NCBI GenBank assembly: GCA_024281215.1
Contig: JAMJTX010000134.1
Location: forward strand, 1,569 to 65,568
Direction of reading: 5' to 3'
From: Candidatus Thiovulum karukerense
GTDB taxonomy: Bacteria; Campylobacterota; Campylobacteria; Campylobacterales; Thiovulaceae
Length of the DNA stretch: 64,000 bases
Below are positions 10,505 to 18,769 of this stretch, in pieces. The position numbers were made by a program, and so were the translations under genes. The number at the start of each line of letters is the position of its first letter. The stretch's first letter is position 1. The notes under the pieces were generated by a model. That model saw only the letters and a list, made by a program, of their open reading frames with translations, made no database searches and was not told where the DNA came from.

Positions 10505-10699
10505 TTATCTACGAACCCTACTTCGTGCTATCTGATCTTTAATGTTTTTATACTGGTCTCGTAGTTCATCTTTCTTTTTCAGGTGTTCATCACGATCTGG
10601 AAAACTATCTCCATCAACCTCTTCATCATACTCTACTTGCTCTAATTGGTAGCTTTCGTCAAAAACATAATCTTTAATATCTAGCTTTTTATCTGACAT
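10505..10699 (-). CDS. Small acidic hypothetical protein
   Basis: ATG at 10699 follows GGAG. 64 aa. Confidence 0.55.
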   Translation of the reverse strand: MSDKKLDIKDYVFDESYQLEQVEYDEEVDGDSFPDRDEHLKKKDELRDQYKNIKDQIARSRVRR

Positions 10700-10856
10700 A
10701 ATATCTCCGTAAAATAACAAAAAATCGATTTTAAGATTCTAATTAAAGAAAGCTTAAATGTTGTTTTGTTTTAAAATAGAGCAGATGGTTGGAAGTTAAA
10801 GCTATTTTTTAATAAAAAACGACTATTGTTCGACAATTATATTTTAAGGAGATAGA

Positions 10857-11996
10857 ATGAATGAAGAGTTAGTGAAATCAGCCCTCTCAAAAGTTATCTA
10901 TCCAGGTTTTCAGAAAGATATCGTATCTTTCGGCTTTGTGGATAAGATTGAGACAGATGGGTCAGATGTAACAGTAGAAATCACAGTTACATCATCGGCA
11001 AATGAGGTTGAGGAGCAGTTACGAAAAGATATCGATCTTGAACTTTCAAAAGCCGGTGCTGAAAAGGTGTTTATTAAAATCAATAAACCGGCTATTCCAA
11101 GAGAGACCTCATCAAAAGGTAAAAACATAGCTCCAAATGTGAAGAACTTTGTAATGGTAAGTTCTGGAAAAGGTGGAGTTGGAAAATCTACAACATCTGT
11201 CAATCTAGCTGTGGCTTTAGCTATGAAAGGGAAGAGAGTTGGTCTTTTAGATGCTGATATTTATGGTCCAAATATTCCTAGAATGTTAGGTGTTGAGAAA
11301 ATTAAACCTGAGGTTATTGGAAATAAAGTTAAACCTATTGAGGCTTATGGAATCGAAATGATCAGTATGGGTTCTCTTATGGGTGAGGGCGAAGCTCTTC
11401 TCTGGAGAGGTTCATTAATTATTAAAGCAATTCAGCAGTTCCTGACAGATATTCTATGGAGTGATTTAGATGTACTTGTTATCGATATGCCTCCAGGGAC
11501 TGGTGATGCTCAATTAACTCTTGCTCAATCTATTCCTGTTACAGCTGGTGTAACAGTTACAACTCCTCAAACAGTAGCTCTTGATGATGCAGAGAGAAGT
11601 TTAGCTATGCTGAAAAAACTCCATATACCTGTTGCTGGTATTGTTGAGAATATGAGTGGGTTTATCTGTCCAGAGACTGGAAAAGAGTATGACATCTTTG
11701 GAAAAGGGACAACTGACGAGTTAGCAAAAAAATATGATACTTTTATCTTGGCTGACCTACCTATCGATCCATCAATCCGAGTTGGTGGAGATAGTGGAAG
11801 TCCTATCACATATGCAAAACCAGATAGCGAAGTTGCAAAGAGATACCTTAAAGCTGTTGAAATCCTTTGGGGTGAGATTGAGAAAATCAATGAGCAGGGT
11901 ATCGCTAGTAATGAAGCTATTCAACCAACTTCTGGTGTCTCTGCTTGTTCAACAGGCGGTGGTTCGCACTCTTCTGGTAGTAGTTGTAGTTGCTAA
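10857..11996 (+). CDS. apbC: Mrp/ApbC Fe-S cluster carrier ATPase
   Basis: SGKGGVGKST, DADIYGP, DMPPGTGD, ENMSGFICP. Confidence 0.93.
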   Translation: MNEELVKSALSKVIYPGFQKDIVSFGFVDKIETDGSDVTVEITVTSSANEVEEQLRKDIDLELSKAGAEKVFIKINKPAIPRETSSKGKNIAPNVKNFVMVSSGKGGVGKSTTSVNLAVALAMKGKRVGLLDADIYGPNIPRMLGVEKIKPEVIGNKVKPIEAYGIEMISMGSLMGEGEALLWRGSLIIKAIQQFLTDILWSDLDVLVIDMPPGTGDAQLTLAQSIPVTAGVTVTTPQTVALDDAERSLAMLKKLHIPVAGIVENMSGFICPETGKEYDIFGKGTTDELAKKYDTFILADLPIDPSIRVGGDSGSPITYAKPDSEVAKRYLKAVEILWGEIEKINEQGIASNEAIQPTSGVSACSTGGGSHSSGSSCSC

Positions 11997-12000
11997 AAGG

Positions 12001-13029
12001 TTGAAACTTCTAATTTCGGCTCTTGAGCCATCTGCGAATCTCCATCTAAAAGAGATTTTAAGAAGTGAAGATTTTAGAGATATTGAGGTCTCTGGACTCT
12101 TCGACCCCTCTTTGGGGAGTCCCAACATCTCATCGACCGATTTTGGAGTAATGGGCATATTTTCAGTGATTCCAAAGCTTCTTAAGGCTAAAGAGAGTCT
12201 CAACAAAATGGTTGAGTTAGCAAAAGATAGCGATAAAATTCTTCTTATCGATGCACCTGCATTTAATCTGCCCCTTGCAAAAAATATAAAAGCTAAATAT
12301 CCAGATAAAGAGATTATCTACTATATCCTGCCAAAGGTTTGGGCTTGGAAACCAAAGAGAATAGAGGCAGTTAATAGATATATCGATAAGCAGATAGCCA
12401 TATTCCCATTTGAAAAAGATTACTATGGGAACTCGCTCTATTTTGGGAATCCGCTTCTAAGTGAATTAAAAAATTTGCGAAATGAGATTCAAAAAGATGG
12501 AGCAGTTGCATTTTTAGCTGGAAGTCGAAAGAGTGAGATAAAAAATCTTATGCCAACTTTTCGAGAGTTAGCAGGTAGGTTAGATGGTGAAAAGATTCTT
12601 GTTATTCCACCGCATCTTAGAGATTTATCGATATATGGAGATATTTCTGGGTTTACCATCTACCGAGATACTGAGACAGCTCTGGCAGATAGTCGGTTTG
12701 CATATATTTGTAGCGGTACAGCAACCCTTGAAGCTTCACTTATCGGAGTTCCGTTTGTTCTTGTATATAAGACTTCACCATTAGAGTTTGCTATTGGAAA
12801 AAGGTTTGTTAAACTGAAATATGTTGGTTTAGCTAATATTATATTTGAGAAGATGGGATTAAATATTGAGTTTCATAGGGAGTTTTTACAAAATTTCAAT
12901 ATTGATGAACTGCTAGAACTTTCAGAAAATATTGATTATGAGAGATTTCTAGAAAACTCAAAAAGACTGCAAGAGATTCTAAAAGGGTCTCCAGAAAAAG
13001 AGATTATAGAGATAATCAAAACACGGTAA
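12001..13029 (+). CDS. lpxB: Lipid-A-disaccharide synthase
   Basis: LISALEPSAN, IDAPAFN, VWAWK, GSRKSEI, SGTATLE. Likely TTG start at 12001 after AAGG. Confidence 0.92.
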   Translation: MKLLISALEPSANLHLKEILRSEDFRDIEVSGLFDPSLGSPNISSTDFGVMGIFSVIPKLLKAKESLNKMVELAKDSDKILLIDAPAFNLPLAKNIKAKYPDKEIIYYILPKVWAWKPKRIEAVNRYIDKQIAIFPFEKDYYGNSLYFGNPLLSELKNLRNEIQKDGAVAFLAGSRKSEIKNLMPTFRELAGRLDGEKILVIPPHLRDLSIYGDISGFTIYRDTETALADSRFAYICSGTATLEASLIGVPFVLVYKTSPLEFAIGKRFVKLKYVGLANIIFEKMGLNIEFHREFLQNFNIDELLELSENIDYERFLENSKRLQEILKGSPEKEIIEIIKTR

Positions 13030-13050
13030 AAGTTTTCAACTATGACAAGA

Positions 13051-13069
13051 GTGGTGCAAAAAGCACCAC
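13051..13069. terminator. Hairpin between convergent lpxB and lipoprotein gene
   Basis: GTGGTGC-AAAAA-GCACCAC. Confidence 0.6.
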
Positions 13070-13081
13070 CGCATAAGAGTT

Positions 13082-14641
13082 CTACTCTTCAGAAGTTGCT
13101 GTGTCCTCGGAAGTTACAGGTGTTTCTGTTGCATTATCATCTTCAGAAGTTGCTGTATCCTCGGAAGTAATTACTCCACTATCACTAATACCTTTATTAA
13201 CGATTGCTTTTAAGTCACTGACAATGCTTGTTGTAACTTGTCCAAAACCAGTTTTCTGCTCATCGCTCATATTTGCCATTGCATCTGCAAATAGAACACC
13301 GAACATATAGGTAGGGTTTAAGTAACTTACATCAATTGAGTTGTTATTCTCGCCCATAACAATTGCCACTTCACACGGTAGAGCTGTTGCATGATGAACT
13401 CCTGTATCCATAGCCATTTTTGCATAAGTTGGAGAACAGAATTCAAAGACCTTTGTCCCACCAGGAATTGGAAGAGGATCATGTCTTGCAGTAACCCAAT
13501 CATAAGTAGATAAATTTAACTCTTTACCTTGATAGTATGTTGTTGTTGCATTTAAATCTGGATACTCTGTTTGACCATGAATTAATGCTGTATGAAGAAT
13601 CGACTCAGCAATATCATTGATATCTTCTTGAGTAAAAGTTTTATTCTCTTCTGGCTTAAGGTTCTCTACTAAGAATGGCTTTAAGTTTGTAAATAGATTC
13701 ATAAACTCATCAGATGAGATCTCTGCACCCATTCCAATATCTAATGTAGTTATCTCTTTGCTTTCAAGAGCAGAAGAGATCATTGTTTTAATCTGATTTT
13801 TCACATCAAGAGGCATAGATTGAAGTTGTTCCATCATCTCTGCCGGTGCATCTACAAAGAATAGAGAGAAGATAGCTTCTGGATCAAGAATATCAACATA
13901 TGTCTTATTACCATCACTATGAACAGCTATTTCACATGGTAGAGCTGGTGCATGATATGCTCCTGTTGCCATGGCCATACCTGCATACTCCTTATTACAG
14001 AGTTCCACAAGTTTAACTTTATTCCCATCACTAAGAGGCACACCGAGAACATCAGCTGTTACATCACTCTCCTCTCCAGCAACAACCCAGTTACTTGGAA
14101 AAGTTTTACCCTCTGTTCCATAAGATAGGTTTGTCTCATCAGTCTCATCGATATATTGAGCAATAAGAGTTGCGACTTCACCTACTGTTGTCCAGTTTCC
14201 ATCTAGCTCTGCAACTCTTAAGAACGGCTGTACAGAGTAAAGATCTTTCTCTGTTGCATTATCATCTTCAGAAGTTGCAGGTGTTTCTGTTGCATTGTCA
14301 TCTTCAGAAGTTGCAGGTGTCTCTGTTGCATTGTCATCTTCAGAAGTTGCAGGTGTTTCTGTTGCATTGTCATCTTCAGAAGTTGTCGGTGTCTCTGTTG
14401 CATTATCATCTTCAGAAGTTGTCGGTGTCTCTGTTGCATTATCATCTTCAGAAGTTGTCGGTGTCTCTGTTGCACTGTCATCTTCAGAAGTTGAAGGTGT
14501 CTCTGTTGCACTGTCATCTTCAGAAGTTGCAGGTGTCTCTGTTGTTGATGCAATTGGTTCATCATCATTACTTCCACAACCAGTTAAGTTTAGTGAAGCC
14601 AACATTGATATAGCAATAAGTGAGTATCTACTAAATTTCAT
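13082..14641 (-). CDS. Lipoprotein with 12-aa tandem repeats and two DUF302-like domains
   Basis: LTGC lipobox. Two copies of (L/F)C..YA.MAM..G.HH/YH..ALPCE(I/V)A. Confidence 0.75.
   Translation of the reverse strand: MKFSRYSLIAISMLASLNLTGCGSNDDEPIASTTETPATSEDDSATETPSTSEDDSATETPTTSEDDNATETPTTSEDDNATETPTTSEDDNATETPATSEDDNATETPATSEDDNATETPATSEDDNATEKDLYSVQPFLRVAELDGNWTTVGEVATLIAQYIDETDETNLSYGTEGKTFPSNWVVAGEESDVTADVLGVPLSDGNKVKLVELCNKEYAGMAMATGAYHAPALPCEIAVHSDGNKTYVDILDPEAIFSLFFVDAPAEMMEQLQSMPLDVKNQIKTMISSALESKEITTLDIGMGAEISSDEFMNLFTNLKPFLVENLKPEENKTFTQEDINDIAESILHTALIHGQTEYPDLNATTTYYQGKELNLSTYDWVTARHDPLPIPGGTKVFEFCSPTYAKMAMDTGVHHATALPCEVAIVMGENNNSIDVSYLNPTYMFGVLFADAMANMSDEQKTGFGQVTTSIVSDLKAIVNKGISDSGVITSEDTATSEDDNATETPVTSEDTATSEE
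14255..14542 (-). repeat. 8 x 36-bp coding tandem repeat (TETP[A/S/T]TSEDD[N/S]A)
   Basis: Near-identical units read directly. Further partial copies near 13085-13170. Confidence 0.95.
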
Positions 14642-14796
14642 TTAATCCCCCTAGTATTTATAGTTCATAAAATATTATAGCTAAAAATAATACCTCTGTT
14701 TCAAAAAGCTTAAAGTAGATTTAAAGATAGTTATCATTCTCAGATTAATATGAAGCTGTGTGGTAAAATTTCCCTATATTGAATGATGGAGAGAGT

Positions 14797-15600
14797 ATGA
14801 GTAAGATAGTAATTCTAAATGCAAAAGGTGGGGTTGGAAAATCAACAATCTCAATGCAAGTTGTTGTCCCCTATCTATATACAAGAAGTGGAAACAAGAT
14901 GATAAATTATTATGAGTTTGATGATGAGAATGAGGATAGCAAGTCATTTATCAACTCAAAACTTGTAAATTCACAACAGATAAAAGTTACAGAGAGTAAT
15001 CTGCGAGATGTAATTACAGATATTGTATTGCGAGATGAACCTATGTGTGTTGATGTAGGAGCGAATAAGACAACAACTTACTTTATGACATCTCTTATAG
15101 ATAGCGGTATGATTGATGCTATTGATATGATTGTGATTCCACTGTCTGATGGAGAACTTGACTCAATTAATGCTATTGAACTCTACTATAAAATTAAAGA
15201 GAGTGGAAGTGATGTAAAAGTTCTATTTATTCTTAATAGATATAACGAACTCCGAGATATTCATTCACAATTTGATATTTTCCTCGGCGACAAAAGAGGG
15301 TTCTTTGATACTCAAGGCTTTATCGAGAATGTTCTTGAAAAAGATAGAAACTATGTAACTCTTGCAGATAGCGATGCTATTAAATATTGCCGAAGTTTCG
15401 GAACAACAGTTTGGGAACTTGCACACCTTGATAGAGACCTTGCTGGACAACTTCGAGAGGCTATAAAAGAGAAGAGAGATAAGCAGGAGATTAAACTTCT
15501 ATCTTTCAAGAAAGCTCTTAAAGGGGATTGCGAACTATTTACAGAGAAGAGTCTTGACCCTATTTTTGAGAGAATCGATAATCTACTCGATAGAGATTAG
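14797..15600 (+). CDS. ParA/MinD-like ATPase (orphan)
   Basis: Deviant Walker A KGGVGKST, CVDVG, IVIP. ATG at 14797 follows GGAGAG. Confidence 0.75.
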   Translation: MSKIVILNAKGGVGKSTISMQVVVPYLYTRSGNKMINYYEFDDENEDSKSFINSKLVNSQQIKVTESNLRDVITDIVLRDEPMCVDVGANKTTTYFMTSLIDSGMIDAIDMIVIPLSDGELDSINAIELYYKIKESGSDVKVLFILNRYNELRDIHSQFDIFLGDKRGFFDTQGFIENVLEKDRNYVTLADSDAIKYCRSFGTTVWELAHLDRDLAGQLREAIKEKRDKQEIKLLSFKKALKGDCELFTEKSLDPIFERIDNLLDRD

Positions 15601-15602
15601 TC

Positions 15603-16961
15603 ATGGAGAGTAGAAAAACCAGATTTACAAGGTGGGGGTTTATCTTCGCCACTGTTGGAAGTGCTGTTGGTCTTGGAAATATATGGAAATTCCCATATAT
15701 CACAGGTGAGTATGGTGGAGGGGCATTTGTTCTTGTCTATCTCTTAACAATTATGTTTGTCGGTATATCAATCCTGATTGCAGAGATGTTTCTTGGAAAT
15801 TACGGAAAGAGTGATGCTGTATCAACATTTGAGATGATTGGAAACGAACTTCCAGAGAAAAAACCATCGATGAGGTACTTAGGGTTTATGACCTTTAATG
15901 GTCTCATTATTATGACATTCTATTCAGTTGTTATCGGTTGGATCTTCTACTATATCTACTCTGCAATCAATGGATTACCAACAACTGTGAGTGAAGCTGA
16001 AACTGAGTTCTCAACTTTAATTGGTGAAAATATATGGACTCAGATATTTTTCCATACATTTGCAACTTTAACTATTCTCCACTTTGTTAATGGTGGTATC
16101 AAAAAGGGGATTGAGAAATTAAATAATCTACTTATTCCATCTCTTCTGGTAATTATGGTTGGACTTCTAATCTACTCAATGACTCTTCCAGCATTTGGTG
16201 ACTCATTTAAATTTCTCTTCTATCCAGAGTGGGATAAACTAAGTTCTGAAGCATTTATTCGAGCTGTTGGACACTCATTTTTTACATTATCTCTTGGAAT
16301 GGGAGCAATTATCACCTATTCAGCTTCTGTGCCAAACAGTATTAACCTAACAAAGTCAGCACTAACTGTTGGATTCTTTGATACAGTTATAGCTCTGGTT
16401 GCTGGACTGGTTATATTTACATTCCTATTTCAGTATGGTGAAGAGCCATCAAAGGGTGCTGGACTGGTGTTTATATCAATGCCTGTGATCTTCTCTCAGA
16501 TGGGTGAGATAGGCTCAGTAATATCTGTTCTATTTCTATCAGCTCTAGCGATGGCAGGATTAACTTCGGCTGTATCACTTGTTGAACCAGCTGTTCTATA
16601 TGTTATCAATAGATTCAATATGAGTAGATTTAGAGCAACTATCTCTATGGGATTCGTCTATTGGCTGATTGGAATATTTGCAATTCTCTCATATTCAACA
16701 ACTTATGGTGAAACATTTTCACTCTTTGGAAAGCCGATATTTGACATTCTTGAGACAACAACAGATTCACTTCTATTACCACTGTCTGGAATCTTTATAG
16801 CTCTTGTAACAGGTTATGCGATTAGAAAGGTTGATCTGAAAAAACTTCAGATTGAGATGGGTGATGTGATGTTTAGAGTCTGGTACTTCTCTATAAGAGT
16901 TATCTCACCAATAGCTGTTCTCTTTTTAATGTTGAATCTCTTTGGAGTGATTGAGCTTTAA
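15603..16961 (+). CDS. Sodium-dependent transporter, SNF/NSS family
   Basis: GSAVGLGNIWKFPY, GGGAF, FFTLSLGMG. Confidence 0.95.
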   Translation: MESRKTRFTRWGFIFATVGSAVGLGNIWKFPYITGEYGGGAFVLVYLLTIMFVGISILIAEMFLGNYGKSDAVSTFEMIGNELPEKKPSMRYLGFMTFNGLIIMTFYSVVIGWIFYYIYSAINGLPTTVSEAETEFSTLIGENIWTQIFFHTFATLTILHFVNGGIKKGIEKLNNLLIPSLLVIMVGLLIYSMTLPAFGDSFKFLFYPEWDKLSSEAFIRAVGHSFFTLSLGMGAIITYSASVPNSINLTKSALTVGFFDTVIALVAGLVIFTFLFQYGEEPSKGAGLVFISMPVIFSQMGEIGSVISVLFLSALAMAGLTSAVSLVEPAVLYVINRFNMSRFRATISMGFVYWLIGIFAILSYSTTYGETFSLFGKPIFDILETTTDSLLLPLSGIFIALVTGYAIRKVDLKKLQIEMGDVMFRVWYFSIRVISPIAVLFLMLNLFGVIEL

Positions 16962-18085
16962 TGTTAAAGAGTTTAAAATATAAGGGAGGAGAGCGGCTAA
17001 GTCGTTGGTCTATCTTTTTCCTACTTATCTTAGATGTTTTTGTTTTTACTATTATTGAGTATGGGGTATCTTTCCAAAAAGATATAGTTACTAATCCAAG
17101 AGTTGAATACCCTTATGAGTGTAGAAAACTAACAGAGAGTGAAAATCCTGATCTATATAGCGGTAGTACCTATCAACTTAACTATATTAATAAAAGTGAG
17201 CTAAGTTCAGAGTGTCGAGAGATTCTTCAACTCTCGCAATCTGTCATAAATGATTCTGAGATTACAGAGACAAAATCAAAGATATATACGACAAAACAAG
17301 AGATTACAGATTTAAAAACGAAGTTAAACAGTAGCTACAAACATTATGATACATCTCTTCTGGAGACAATAGCGGATCGAGATAAGAATAGATCGATTAA
17401 ATTAAAAAAACTGATAACTCAATATGAGTTGAAATTAAAAAATAGAAGAGAGTTACTTAAAGATTACGAGAGGCTTTTAGAACTCAATTCTAATGTTGTT
17501 GAGTTGCGAAACTATCTTCAGAAGAGCAGAGATAAAGTTAATGCAGATTACGAAACAGCACTTAAATATTATCAAGTTGAGATGTATGCAGTCTCTCTCC
17601 TATTTATAATACCAGTTGTTGCTATTTTTTATAACCAGATGAAAAGACGATTAGAGAGAGATGAGTATCTGAAATACACTCTCTATAAACACCTCTTCTT
17701 TACATCTCTGATTCCTCTATTTTTAACTATATTCTCAATTATCTACAACTATCTTCCAAGAGTATTGATTAATGCTCTGATTGAACTCTTCTATAAACTT
17801 CACTTAACATTTCTTCTCTATTATATATTGATGGGAATAGGTGTATTTACTATATATTTCCTTGTGAAATATATTCAAAATAGAAAGATACAAAGATATA
17901 GAAGTAGTAATATCTCATCTATTGAGAGTTACCAAAAGAGCGAGTGTTCTGAATGTGGCAACAGAGTCAATTACGAGAGTATGAACTTCTGTCCATACTG
18001 CTCAAACAGTCTAAAGAGCAGATGTGAATGTGGTGGTATGAAAATAGATATACTCAATTTCTGTCCAGAGTGCGGAAAGGGCTAG
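16961..18085 (+). CDS. Membrane protein with coiled-coil loop and C-terminal double zinc ribbon
   Basis: Four hydrophobic segments. CSEC..CPYC..CECG..CPEC. Confidence 0.7.
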   Translation: MLKSLKYKGGERLSRWSIFFLLILDVFVFTIIEYGVSFQKDIVTNPRVEYPYECRKLTESENPDLYSGSTYQLNYINKSELSSECREILQLSQSVINDSEITETKSKIYTTKQEITDLKTKLNSSYKHYDTSLLETIADRDKNRSIKLKKLITQYELKLKNRRELLKDYERLLELNSNVVELRNYLQKSRDKVNADYETALKYYQVEMYAVSLLFIIPVVAIFYNQMKRRLERDEYLKYTLYKHLFFTSLIPLFLTIFSIIYNYLPRVLINALIELFYKLHLTFLLYYILMGIGVFTIYFLVKYIQNRKIQRYRSSNISSIESYQKSECSECGNRVNYESMNFCPYCSNSLKSRCECGGMKIDILNFCPECGKG

Positions 18086-18765
18086 AATTTTCTTGAAAAG
18101 GCTAGAATTGTAAAGCTTTTACGACGACTATCCACAATTGGACTACCTACAATCTCATCTCCCAAAAAAGTCTCTTTATGCATCAGGGAGATTGAGTATT
18201 TATCACTTAAATTATAGATAAACATAAAACCAGCAAAGCTATTAAAGTCTCCATTGGGATGATATTCAGACTCTCCTCTCTCATAACTCTTTACACCATA
18301 ATAGTAGTTATTGAACTCTCTACTTTGATACTCCACTCCAAAAAATGGAATAGTTATAAAAGGGTAGTTGATGTATGGACGGCTAATTTTAAAAGCTGTA
18401 TGATAGCTATCATATACAGATAGAGCATCATGGAGATATTTCATCTCAAAGATAATTGCATCTTCTGTTCGATAACCAATTTTAAAACCTATCTCGGCTG
18501 TCATATTTCGGCTATCCATTTCACTGATTTCGTGAGATAGAAATAGAGGTTGAGCAATTATAGAAAATCCATGATGAAATTTATATCCAACCTCTACACC
18601 TCTTATATAGGCTTTATCGTGTTGATAACTTAAAAATGGAATAACAACTCTATTGTTGTTATTCTCTATATAAGGGGAGTCAGAGAGAAGTACTCCAACT
18701 CCAAAAGAGTTTTGGTGAGCCATTAAACTATATATGAAAATAGATATTAAAACAGCTACTCGCAA
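18082..18765 (-). CDS. MipA/OmpV family outer-membrane protein
   Basis: SPY..IPF, FNNYYYGV, I..SPIVD motifs and C-terminal Phe. Confidence 0.85.
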   Translation of the reverse strand: MRVAVLISIFIYSLMAHQNSFGVGVLLSDSPYIENNNNRVVIPFLSYQHDKAYIRGVEVGYKFHHGFSIIAQPLFLSHEISEMDSRNMTAEIGFKIGYRTEDAIIFEMKYLHDALSVYDSYHTAFKISRPYINYPFITIPFFGVEYQSREFNNYYYGVKSYERGESEYHPNGDFNSFAGFMFIYNLSDKYSISLMHKETFLGDEIVGSPIVDSRRKSFTILAFSRKF

Positions 18766-18769
18766 TGTA

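Noticed and set aside
11734..12000. N-terminal extension of LpxB
   Set aside because: It overlaps apbC. LpxB similarity and an RBS start at 12001.
13025..13045. difH-like site
   Set aside because: Only one arm (TTGAAAACT) is present.
14170..14645. Repetitive alternative-frame ORFs, or a CRISPR array, at the 36-bp repeat
   Set aside because: Units are contiguous with no unique spacers and lie in frame in a lipoprotein. The other ORFs are shadows of the repeat.
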